From Bacteroidota bacterium (lineage in GTDB: Bacteria; Bacteroidota; Ignavibacteria; Kapaibacteriales; UBA2268): 64,000 nt of DNA. Position 1 is the stretch's first letter, and the number at the start of each line of letters is the position of its first letter. The position numbers and the translations under genes were made by a program. Positions 1 through 8,704 of this stretch are shown one piece after another. The stretch lies in assembly GCA_004322215.1 (NCBI GenBank), contig SCSM01000011.1, positions 450,697 through 514,696 on the forward strand. Reading direction: 5' to 3'. A model generated the notes under the pieces. That model was not told the origin of the DNA and made no database searches. It was given only the letters and a program-made list of their open reading frames with translations.

Positions 1-500
1 GAGGATATTGTTAATTTCAAATTAATATTCGGATTCATTGACATGAAATTTTTAATTTCAATTAATGTCTGATGTGCATTTTCAACTAATGTCTTACTGT
101 TCGGCTCAAACGCTTTGAAGCTGAACAATTCTACTCCGGGTGTGACTTTTCTTACAAATATATTTTGATTGATTTCTTTATATGTAGCATTTTCAGGAAG
201 CTGAAAATATGCTGACGGTTCAACAACCACATACTCTTTCAATGCGAGATAATAATTCTCACCTGAATTCAGTACAACCTGGTAAGAACCGTCCGTTGCT
301 CCGGATTGGCTTTGGTTCTTCTTTCCGGACTCACTTGTAAATCTGAAAGATGTTCCGACCGGCTGACCGGTTCCCTTATCAATGATTTTCCCCTGCATAA
401 GAATTACTGCACCGATGGGATTGGCATTAACATTATTTATATATAAAATTGAGATAATAAATATCACTATTAATAATTTCACTTTGGAACTATTCATATC
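1..500 (-). CDS. OmpA-family protein, 5' portion only (the gene runs off the window start). It has a signal peptide, a CarbopepD-regulatory-like N-domain and the beginning of an OmpA-like domain (..NINLKLTIS[GHTD expected]).
   Basis: The reverse-strand ATG is at 498-500. Reading by hand gives MNSSKVKLLIVIFIISILYINNVNANPIG..., an open frame to position 1. The ORF track omits it because its stop lies outside the window. The product assignment is a family-level pattern guess. Confidence 0.5.
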
Positions 501-575
501 AATCCAATAATTTTTTGAAATTTTAAATAGTAGCTATAACGAAACGAAAAAAAATATATTGAGTTTTCTCAGGTA

Positions 576-1886
576 TCACTCTTCCCTGATTGCTTCTGTA
601 ATTATCGTTTTGGAAGCTCTTCTGGCGGGGTATATTGCTGCTGTGATTGATAAAAATAATGATAAAATACTTACCAAAATTATATCTGTTGCGTGAATTG
701 AAACGGGTATTGCATTTATTATAAATTTACTTGTATCGAGCCGGAATAAGGAATATTTGATTTGTGCCAGGCATAAACCCAATCCTATTATTACACCGGT
801 GAACGTACTTATTATTCCTATCAATAATCCTTCCATCAGATAAATTTTTTGGATTAATTTACTTGTTGCACCAATCGCTTTCAGTACTCCAATATCAGCT
901 CGCTTCTCTACGACAGTCATTGAAAGTGATGCTAATACGTTGAATGCGGCAATCACTATTATCAAGCTCAATATGATGAATGAAACATATCTTTCGAATT
1001 GCATGATATTATATAATTCTTTGTGTAAATCATACCAGGTCAGAATCTTTGCATCCTTATTAATAATTTCTTTTAATTTTGATTTTACTTTTTCCAGGTC
1101 ATAAAGCGATTTCAGCTTTATATCGACAGTCAATGCAGAACCTTTCGGAGGAGAAAATAATTCGACTCCCGGGAAGTAAGACGTATAAGCATAGTAATCG
1201 TCGTACTCTTTAGCATTAGTCTGGAAAATGCCTGTTACCCTTGTTCTTACCTGTACCGGTTCCGTAAAACTTCTTGCAGCATATTCAATCATTTTAGGTG
1301 AAACCAATGAAACCGTATCTCCTGTCAGAACTTTCAGCCGGTCTGCAAGACCTGAACCAATCACAATTCCCGGGAGTTCATCTCTTTCGGTTATATCAAA
1401 TCTCCCTATAATGAGCATATTTGCAATGCCGGAAACAGAATTTATTTCTTCCCGTTTCACTGCATTCAATGTAATAACATTCATACTGTTATTTTTGAGT
1501 GCAATAATTCTCCCCTGCAATCCCGAAGATGCAGCTTTTACTTCACTTAATTTTCTTATTTTTTTCAATATGGAATCGGTATTATGCAGCCATGCACCTT
1601 CATTAGCAACTATCCTTATATGCGGGTCAAATCCGATTAGCTGCTGTTCGGCAAATTCACGAAATCCGTTGAAGATTGATGTTACACATATTATTGCTGC
1701 AATTCCAACAACAATCCCGATTATTGAAATTGTCGAAACAACTGTAATAAAATGAAAAGAACGCACTGTGAAGATATACCTCACAGCAATTTTTAATGCT
1801 AATTTTAAGGAGCTTTGTTCTTTCATTAAATAAATAAACAGTAATTTCCAATGATGCAATTTGCTTAAAATTGCGTGAGAATACAA
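576..1886 (-). CDS. Lipoprotein-releasing system permease, LolC/LolE (FtsX/MacB-like) family
   Basis: 436 aa with an N-terminal TM helix, a large periplasmic MacB-like domain and a C-terminal FtsX-type 3-TM bundle (..VEKRADIGVLKAIGATSKLIQKIYLMEGLLIGI..). Confidence 0.8.
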   Translation of the reverse strand: MYSHAILSKLHHWKLLFIYLMKEQSSLKLALKIAVRYIFTVRSFHFITVVSTISIIGIVVGIAAIICVTSIFNGFREFAEQQLIGFDPHIRIVANEGAWLHNTDSILKKIRKLSEVKAASSGLQGRIIALKNNSMNVITLNAVKREEINSVSGIANMLIIGRFDITERDELPGIVIGSGLADRLKVLTGDTVSLVSPKMIEYAARSFTEPVQVRTRVTGIFQTNAKEYDDYYAYTSYFPGVELFSPPKGSALTVDIKLKSLYDLEKVKSKLKEIINKDAKILTWYDLHKELYNIMQFERYVSFIILSLIIVIAAFNVLASLSMTVVEKRADIGVLKAIGATSKLIQKIYLMEGLLIGIISTFTGVIIGLGLCLAQIKYSLFRLDTSKFIINAIPVSIHATDIILVSILSLFLSITAAIYPARRASKTIITEAIREE

Positions 1887-1906
1887 GAAATGTTATAATA
1901 GTATTA

Positions 1907-2419
1907 TTATTTTCCCGGAATAAATAACGGGATAATTGCATCGGTGATTTCTCCGATACATTCCATCACATTTTGCTCTCTTTTGAAAATATCTTTAGCA
2001 TGATATTTGTGATTTGGCAGCTTTGTCTTTACATTGAATGCATAGCCATCAATCAAAAATCTTTCCCCGTTGATTATAAAATTACCTGTCAGAACCCATT
2101 TCACGTGGAGTGAATCTGCTGCCTTCCACATGTCCGATTGATACTGCGGATTGTTTGGGTCGAGATTGAACTGTGCCAAAATAGTTTCAACAGAATCAAA
2201 TGGAACTATCCTGAAATATTTCTCCTCAGGGTCCTTGCTGAACATGGATTTTGTCAGTGAATCCTGCAATTTGTAGCACCAGATGTTCAGTTTAAGGTTA
2301 CCGTCCTTGTTCATAAACGGGAATACTGCAATGCGGACTTGTGAGTGAGCGACAATAGAGAAAAAAACGACAAAACAAACAATAAAAGATATTAACTTTT
2401 TCATAATTAACTCCTGCAA
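1907..2419 (-). CDS. Hypothetical secreted protein (signal peptide)
   Basis: 170 aa with a hydrophobic N-terminus (MKKLISFIVCFVVFFSIVAHSQ). It lies 4 bp downstream of the Hpt gene on the same strand. Confidence 0.45.
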   Translation of the reverse strand: MQELIMKKLISFIVCFVVFFSIVAHSQVRIAVFPFMNKDGNLKLNIWCYKLQDSLTKSMFSKDPEEKYFRIVPFDSVETILAQFNLDPNNPQYQSDMWKAADSLHVKWVLTGNFIINGERFLIDGYAFNVKTKLPNHKYHAKDIFKREQNVMECIGEITDAIIPLFIPGK

Positions 2420-2422
2420 GAG

Positions 2423-2749
2423 TTATTTTAAATCGGGATTATTATCTAATTCCTTTTTTATTTCAATAAAAGAATTCTTAAGTATTGAACCCATTTTTTC
2501 CGAATTATCGAAATCATGTTCTTTGGCATATCCCATTAACTCTATACCCTGGGCTGCTATGTTATCCAAACCGAACTGGAAGCAGGAACCTTTAAGCGTA
2601 TGTCCGAACCTGTATAAATCATCCCAGTTCTTACTTTCAATCAAAGCTTCAAATTGGCTGTCAATGTCCTGTATCCATGTGTCAACAAATTCAGGAAGTA
2701 ATTCTCGAATAAACGGGTCATCTGGTAAATGCACTACATATCCTAACAT
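2423..2749 (-). CDS. Hpt (histidine phosphotransfer) domain protein
   Basis: 108 aa containing the Hpt signature ..FGHTLKGSCFQFGLDNIAAQG.. (H-x-LKGS). Confidence 0.65.
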   Translation of the reverse strand: MLGYVVHLPDDPFIRELLPEFVDTWIQDIDSQFEALIESKNWDDLYRFGHTLKGSCFQFGLDNIAAQGIELMGYAKEHDFDNSEKMGSILKNSFIEIKKELDNNPDLK

Positions 2750-2804
2750 AATAATTTTAACATAAATTATTCTCCCATTAGCAACAACAGGCAGAATTAT
2801 AAGA

Positions 2805-3238
2805 TGGAAGAAAGCGATAAGCCGAATTTTGTCTTGGGATTAATCATTAATGATTATTCCGAGGCAGTTATTAATCTTGAAGCAATGTCGCCATTACTTT
2901 CCTGCAGTCTACCCGGTAACATCGGCAAAATGCCGATTGAGCGAACCACTCTTTATTCCGGTTTCCCGGAATCTGCTACCTTATTTGACTTTGCTCCATG
3001 CAGGGTTTGCCGTACCGTTGCGGTCACCCGCAACGACGGTGGGCTTTTACTCCGCCGTTTCACCATTGCCTCCATGACTTCCGGTAAACCGGAACGGATT
3101 GGCTGTTTGCTTTCTGTTGCACTATCCGTCAGCTTGTCCAAGAGGATTTGCTGCCTTCGTGTTACGAAGTGCATAGTTCTGTGGAGTTCGGACTTTCCTC
3201 ATCCCGATTAATCGGGACGCAACTGCCTGCTTTCCCCC
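2805..3238 (-). ncRNA. rnpB: RNase P RNA, bacterial type A (rnpB)
   Basis: The reverse complement carries the universal conserved RNase P blocks. GAGGAAAGTCCGAACTCCACAGAACTATGC matches GGAAAGUCCGGGCUCCAUAGGGCA. ACAGAAAGCAAAC matches ACAGAGAGCAAAC. GGGTAGACTGC matches GGGUAGGCUGC. ACAAAATTCGGCTTATCGCTTTC matches the 3' ACAGAACCCGGCUUAUCGGUCAGUUUC. The 5' and 3' ends pair to form P1. The three overlapping ORFs in the track here are spurious. Confidence 0.85.
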
Positions 3239-3296
3239 AAATTTTATTTTTTAAAGAACTAACTTAATAATAATCCAAATTTAATAAAAAACAATT

Positions 3297-4031
3297 TTAT
3301 CCGAAAATATCTTCATCATTGATTATTATATCTTCGGGATACAATATTCTGCCACAATTCTCACACGTGAATATCATTTCGAGATTATTCCTGATTTCCA
3401 CAATTTTCTGAGGTGGGATGGAACTGAAACAACCTGAGCATGAATTGCGCTTGACACGGACAGCAGCATCGAGTGTATGGTCCCGAATTCTGTTGTATTC
3501 CTTAATAAATTCCTTGTTAATTTTCTTCAACGTATCCTTGCGCTTTTTTACCAGCAGCTTTACATCCTCATCCTGGTCGTTAGTTATCGTGTTAAATTCC
3601 TCTTTAGCATCCTTCAATTCGGATTCGATTGATTTGACATCCTGTTTCTGCTCATCAATCTTTGCATTAAGATTTTCTTCTTTTATACCTGTCGTTCTGA
3701 GTTCGGTAGAAAGTTTCCCGTATTCATCTCTTATATTTTCTATTTCTTTTGTGATTGCATCGAATTCTTTATTATTTCGTACGAGAAACTGCTGCTTTGA
3801 AAGTTTATCTTCCTTTTCCTTCAGGGATTTCAATTTCACTTTTGCATTTGCTGCAAACTTTTTATTATCAGACAATATTTGTTCCGATTCCTCAAATCTG
3901 ATTTTTGCCTCTTCCAATCTTTTTTCAATATTTTTCAATTTATCCGGGAGGTCTCCAAATTCTTCTTTCCTCTCATCGAGTTCATCGTCTATTTTTGAAA
4001 GTAAAGCCAGTCTGTAAATCTGTGAATTCAT
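3297..4031 (-). CDS. Zinc-ribbon domain protein (COG1579-like): a long coiled coil followed by a C-terminal C4 zinc ribbon
   Basis: 244 aa, K/E-rich and coiled-coil, with a C-terminal CSGCFSSIPPQ...CENCGRILY (two CxxC pairs). It shows 1-nt start/stop coupling to the Nif3 gene, which is a conserved gene pair. Confidence 0.7.
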   Translation of the reverse strand: MNSQIYRLALLSKIDDELDERKEEFGDLPDKLKNIEKRLEEAKIRFEESEQILSDNKKFAANAKVKLKSLKEKEDKLSKQQFLVRNNKEFDAITKEIENIRDEYGKLSTELRTTGIKEENLNAKIDEQKQDVKSIESELKDAKEEFNTITNDQDEDVKLLVKKRKDTLKKINKEFIKEYNRIRDHTLDAAVRVKRNSCSGCFSSIPPQKIVEIRNNLEMIFTCENCGRILYPEDIIINDEDIFG

Positions 4032-4894
4032 TAATTCTGCACCATTTTTTTGTTACTATTTATTAAATAATTATTCTGCTTTGTATGGTATAAATTGCCA
4101 TTTGGAAAATAATGAACTGGATTCGTTAAAACCTTAGACACATTAATTTTTAAATCTTTATCTCCCTTAAACGGTTTTGTCAATAATTGAGCAATTCCGT
4201 TCGGAACAAACTGTTCCATTTCATAATGGCCGGGGTCAATTAAAACCATTTTACCATAGACTCTGTGATAATGATGATATGAAATATCAGCTGTTATAAA
4301 AGCATCCACTCCGCTTACTAATGCTTCACTAATAAAACCTGAGCCGCTACCCCCGACGATTGCTATTTTTTTGATTTTTTTATTCTTCCCGGTTTCTGAA
4401 TGTTTTATTGGTGAATTGCATATTTTGTGGATTCTATTCAAAAGGAGATTCAAACTTATTGCTTTGGGAACAGACGCAATCACACCTAACCCTCGTTCGT
4501 TGTAAATATTGCTTTTGATGAGAAATTCCTCGAATTTAAATCCAAGTTTATCTGCCAAAATTTTTGAAGTGCCTTCGCTGTATGCATCGAATGTTGTATG
4601 TATTGAAATCAAAGCAATCGAATTTTTAATTAATTCTGAAGATAAATATCCGACACGATCGCTATCGATGATTGCTAAAATCGGATTGTATATCAGGGGG
4701 TGGAAAGTAACAATGCAATCACATCTTAATTTAATTGCTTCTCTTATAACATTCTTATCCACTTCCATCGTAATCAAGATATTTGAAACATTTTCCCTCC
4801 CCGCCTGAATTTGTAAACCAAGCCGATCGTCTTCAATCCCTGAATCCTGTGGTAATATTTTATTGATTTTATTAAGTAAGCTTACAAGCTTCAT
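4031..4894 (-). CDS. Nif3-like dinuclear metal-centre protein (GTP cyclohydrolase 1 type 2 / YqfO family)
   Basis: 287 aa with metal-binding His clusters (..ISYHHYHRVYG.., ..DPGHYEME..) typical of the NIF3 family. Confidence 0.8.
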   Translation of the reverse strand: MKLVSLLNKINKILPQDSGIEDDRLGLQIQAGRENVSNILITMEVDKNVIREAIKLRCDCIVTFHPLIYNPILAIIDSDRVGYLSSELIKNSIALISIHTTFDAYSEGTSKILADKLGFKFEEFLIKSNIYNERGLGVIASVPKAISLNLLLNRIHKICNSPIKHSETGKNKKIKKIAIVGGSGSGFISEALVSGVDAFITADISYHHYHRVYGKMVLIDPGHYEMEQFVPNGIAQLLTKPFKGDKDLKINVSKVLTNPVHYFPNGNLYHTKQNNYLINSNKKMVQN

Positions 4895-5138
4895 TAAACT
4901 TCTCTTTAAAAATATATTTGGTTTCGTTAAACCATTTGATAATTTGCCTTCGATTTATTCTCAAAATTACAAAATAAATTTGTAATACAATTTTTCATTG
5001 TGCAAATACGTTATCATTATTAACGTTTTAATTTTAATATGATTTTTGTATGTCTGAGTTCGAAATATGAAATGGTATCAAATTTTTAAATGTCTGAAAT
5101 TTGTTCCGTAAATTTTTCTCTTTTTTATTAAGTATATT

Positions 5139-5864
5139 ATGATAAACAGTTTTATAAAATCCATATTATCAGTTTTAATATTTAATCTATTTATAACCTA
5201 CCCTTCATCCTATACTTTTGGACAAGTAAAGGGTGAACCGGCAAAATCATTTAATCCTGACACAAATTTTATATTTCAGTCGCCAAGACCTCTTATTAAT
5301 TCAAATCCGAATTCGAATTCACCGAGAAGGGCTTGGGGTATTGATTTGATTTTCTCAAACAGCGGATTCGGTGTAGGGACTTTTTATCAATATTATATAG
5401 CTCATGATTTATTTTCATTCGCCAGCTTATATATTTCTGGTGCAAGGAATACAGACGAAACCGAATGGGTTGACCAATATACAGGTGAAACTATAATTAT
5501 TGATAAAATTAACCGGCTCTATATGTTCCCTCTTACTCTTGGATTACAGCAATATTTGTTTACAGATGTTATATCAGAATCCATGAAATTATTTGCACAG
5601 GGAGGTTTGGGACCAACATTCATTCTTTCCACACCTTATGACCATGAATTTTTCTCCGCTTTTTCTTTTGCAAAATTTTATACAAGGTTTGGTACTTTTA
5701 TAGGTGTCGGTGCCGATGTAGGAAGCGGGACTTCTTTGCTTACTATCAATGCACGCTATTATTACATCCCGTTTGGCGGAAATGGACTTGAAAGTATAAG
5801 GAATTCCCCGATAAAAGATTTTGGCGGTTTATTCCTCTCATTAAGTTTCGGAGCAAGATTCTGA
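5139..5864 (+). CDS. Hypothetical outer-membrane beta-barrel-like protein
   Basis: 241 aa with a signal peptide. It is rich in G/Y/F/T alternating segments and ends in ..SFGARF, the C-terminal Phe typical of OMP barrels. Confidence 0.4.
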   Translation: MINSFIKSILSVLIFNLFITYPSSYTFGQVKGEPAKSFNPDTNFIFQSPRPLINSNPNSNSPRRAWGIDLIFSNSGFGVGTFYQYYIAHDLFSFASLYISGARNTDETEWVDQYTGETIIIDKINRLYMFPLTLGLQQYLFTDVISESMKLFAQGGLGPTFILSTPYDHEFFSAFSFAKFYTRFGTFIGVGADVGSGTSLLTINARYYYIPFGGNGLESIRNSPIKDFGGLFLSLSFGARF

Positions 5865-5867
5865 TAA

Positions 5868-7031
5868 TTACTCGAAAGCCGGGATTCCGGTAATATCCTC
5901 TCCTAAAATCAAAGTGTGAATATCATCGGTTCCTTCATAAGTTTTAACGGATTCCAGATTAGCGGCATGCCTCATAATGTGATACTCATACAGTATTCCG
6001 TTTGCTCCGTGTATCTCTCTTGCAATTCTGCATGCGGTGAGTGCAATATCAACGTTATTTCTCTTAGCCAGTGAAGTCTGCTGGAACCTGTCTTTTCCTT
6101 CATCTTTCAACCGTCCAAGGCGGTAAGCAACAAGCTGGGCTTTGGTAATTTCATTAAGCATCCACACAAGTTTTTCTTGTATAAGCTGGAAAGAGGCAAT
6201 CGGCTTGTTGAATTGAATCCTCGATTTTGCATATTGAACCGATGAATCATATACCGCCATTGCAGCACCGACAGCACCCCACGAAATTCCGTATCTTGCC
6301 TGAGTCAGACAGCTTAAAGGTCCTTTCAGTCCTTTAATATCTATTAAATTTTCTTCAGGGATTTCGCAATCCTGAAAAATCAACTCAGAAGTAACAGAAG
6401 CTCTCAAGGACAGTTTCCCTTTCATTTCGGGAGCTGTAAATCCTTTTGTTCCTTTTTCAACAAGGAATCCCGTTATCACACCATCGAACTTTGCCCAAAC
6501 AACAGCAATATCTGCTATTGTACCGTTTGTTATCCACATTTTGGCACCATTCAGCAGGTAGCCGCCATCAATCTTCTTTGCATTAGTTAGCATTCCCGAA
6601 GGATTAGAACCGTAATCCGGTTCGGTCAAACCGAAACAACCAATTGCTTCGCCGCTTGCAAGCTTTGGAAGCCATTTATTTTTTTGTCCTTCAGTTCCAT
6701 AAGTGTAAATGGGATACATTACGAGTGAATTTTGAACCGAAGCAAATGAACGGATTGCCGAATCTCCCCGTTCGAGTTCCATCATTGCAAGACCATACCC
6801 CGTATAACTTGCGCCTGCACCGCCATATTCAGGTGGAATAGTAATTCCCAACAATCCGAGCCCGGACATTTTAGGGATTAATTCCGACGGGAAAGTGCCC
6901 TTAAGATAATGTTCGCCTATTATTGGCAATACTTCATTCTCGACAAATTCCCTGACAGAATACATAATCAGCTTCTCTTCATCGGAAAGAAGTTCCTCTA
7001 TATTGTAATAATCTATTGCATTGTACGCCAT
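5868..7031 (-). CDS. Acyl-CoA dehydrogenase (glutaryl-CoA dehydrogenase-like)
   Basis: 387 aa with an ACAD fold. The signatures are ..YGISWGAVGAAMAVYDSSVQYAKSRIQFNKPIASFQLIQEKL.. and a C-terminal ..YEGTDDIHTLILGEDITGI.. Confidence 0.85.
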   Translation of the reverse strand: MAYNAIDYYNIEELLSDEEKLIMYSVREFVENEVLPIIGEHYLKGTFPSELIPKMSGLGLLGITIPPEYGGAGASYTGYGLAMMELERGDSAIRSFASVQNSLVMYPIYTYGTEGQKNKWLPKLASGEAIGCFGLTEPDYGSNPSGMLTNAKKIDGGYLLNGAKMWITNGTIADIAVVWAKFDGVITGFLVEKGTKGFTAPEMKGKLSLRASVTSELIFQDCEIPEENLIDIKGLKGPLSCLTQARYGISWGAVGAAMAVYDSSVQYAKSRIQFNKPIASFQLIQEKLVWMLNEITKAQLVAYRLGRLKDEGKDRFQQTSLAKRNNVDIALTACRIAREIHGANGILYEYHIMRHAANLESVKTYEGTDDIHTLILGEDITGIPAFE

Positions 7032-7152
7032 AAAATTTCCTGTTTATTTAAATTATATATTTTTTTTGCATGGCAAAAATATTTATAAAATACGATAAAC
7101 TCATATTTTTCTTTTTGTTATAAAGAAAAAGTTCGTAAATTTGTATTCATCT

Positions 7153-7180
7153 AATGGGCTGTATGCCCATTTTTTGTTTT
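7153..7180 (+). terminator. Intrinsic-terminator-like hairpin in the nusA leader (AATGGGC-tgta-TGCCCATT followed by TTTTTTG)
   Basis: A GC-containing 8-bp stem followed by a T-run lies about 50 nt upstream of the nusA start. No plus-strand gene lies upstream, so it is a candidate attenuator. Confidence 0.4.
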
Positions 7181-7227
7181 CTGATTTTATAGAAAAAAAT
7201 TTTGTATTAGTTATTTAAGCCGAAAAG

Positions 7228-8652
7228 ATGGGTCAAAGAAAAGCTAAATTCAAGGTAGATAAAAAGCTTATTATTGATGCTTTTGCTGAGATGGCAAAAG
7301 AAAAGAACATTGATAGGGACTTGCTCCAGGGAATAGTCGAAGAGACCTTATCCATGCTGGTAAAAAAGAAATACAGCCCGGAGGCAAACTTCGAAATAAT
7401 AGTGAATATGGATAAAGGGGATATAGAAATCTATCTCATGAGGACCATTGTCGAGGAAGTTGAGAACCCTTCTCTTGAGGTATCGCTCGAAGAAGCAAAT
7501 GAAAGAGGCGAAGAGAAATATGAAGTCGGTGAGGAATTCATCGAGGAAATTACTTTAGATAACATTAATATGAGTTTCGGCAGGAGATTAATATCATTAG
7601 CTTCACAAAATCTGAATCAAAAAATTCGCGAAGTCGAAAAAGACAACATATACAATGAATACAATACAAAAGTCGGTGAAATAATAATCGGGGAACTCTA
7701 TCAAATCAGGCGTAACAGCATCCTTGTTTTACACAACAAAGTAGAAGCAATTTTACCAAGAGAAGAACAAATACCTAACGAACCATATAGATTTAAAAAG
7801 AATCAGACAATTAAAGCAATAGTAAAAGAAGTACGCAGAAGCGGAATTTCAGGTTTGCCCGAAATAATTTTATCGAGGTCATCCGATGATTTTCTGGCTC
7901 GGCTTTTTGAGATTGAAATCCCCGAAATATACGACGGCATCATTCAAATAAAATCAATAGCTCGCGACCCTGGAGAAAGGTCGAAGGTGGCTGTCGTATC
8001 GTTTGACGACCGGGTTGACCCCGTTGGTGCGTGTGTCGGGATGAAAGGCATCAGGATACATTCTATCGTTCGCGAACTTAATAACGAGAACATAGACCTC
8101 ATCGAGTATTCCGATAACGATGCCGAATTCATCGCAAAAGCTCTTCTACCTGCTAAAGTGAAAGAAGTAAACGTTCAGCCGGAAATAAGAAATGCAACAG
8201 TGGTTGTCCCCGATGACCAGGTTTCTCTTGCTATAGGCAAAAACGGACAAAATGTCAGGTTAGCTTCCAAACTTACCGGTTATTCGATAACATTAATCAA
8301 CGAGACCGGCGAGGATATTGACCTTTCCGAATTTGAAGAAGAGATTGGGTCCGAACTTTATCAACGGTTAATTGATAATGGAATTGAAACAGCAAGAGGA
8401 TTCCTCGAAACCGAACCCGAAGAATTACTGAAAATAAAAGGAATGACTAAAAAGGTTCTTCTGGAAATCCGTTCTATCCTTCTTGGTGAATTTGATGAAC
8501 CGGAAACTGATGAAATGATAGAAAAAATAAAAAATCTAAAAGTAAAATCATCGAGGTCCAAAAAGGCAAAACAAGAGGAAATAATTGAACCTGAAGAAAA
8601 AATAGAATCAAAAGAGATTATTGATGAAAAAGAAGAAGTCGAAGAATCTTAA
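7228..8652 (+). CDS. nusA: Transcription termination/antitermination factor NusA
   Basis: 474 aa with S1 and KH domains (..[28 protein letters not shown]..) and an acidic C-terminal tail. It lies immediately upstream of infB. Confidence 0.9.
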   Translation: MGQRKAKFKVDKKLIIDAFAEMAKEKNIDRDLLQGIVEETLSMLVKKKYSPEANFEIIVNMDKGDIEIYLMRTIVEEVENPSLEVSLEEANERGEEKYEVGEEFIEEITLDNINMSFGRRLISLASQNLNQKIREVEKDNIYNEYNTKVGEIIIGELYQIRRNSILVLHNKVEAILPREEQIPNEPYRFKKNQTIKAIVKEVRRSGISGLPEIILSRSSDDFLARLFEIEIPEIYDGIIQIKSIARDPGERSKVAVVSFDDRVDPVGACVGMKGIRIHSIVRELNNENIDLIEYSDNDAEFIAKALLPAKVKEVNVQPEIRNATVVVPDDQVSLAIGKNGQNVRLASKLTGYSITLINETGEDIDLSEFEEEIGSELYQRLIDNGIETARGFLETEPEELLKIKGMTKKVLLEIRSILLGEFDEPETDEMIEKIKNLKVKSSRSKKAKQEEIIEPEEKIESKEIIDEKEEVEES

Positions 8653-8704
8653 TCCATGAATTTTATTTCAAAGATAAAACAGGAAAATAACTTCAAAGGG
8701 AATT

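Noticed and set aside
1228-1755. The 175-aa + strand ORF inside the lolC/E-family gene
   Set aside because: It is fully antisense to a well-supported permease gene and has no independent support.
2804-3211. ORFs 2804-3211 (+), 2850-3077 (+) and 2953-3174 (-) in the track
   Set aside because: They lie entirely within the RNase P RNA gene (rnpB, minus strand). They show no coding-like composition and no signal peptide logic. They are spurious.
3418-4017. The 199-aa Ser/Phe-rich + strand ORF
   Set aside because: It is antisense to the coiled-coil zinc-ribbon gene and mirrors that gene's K/E-rich repeats.
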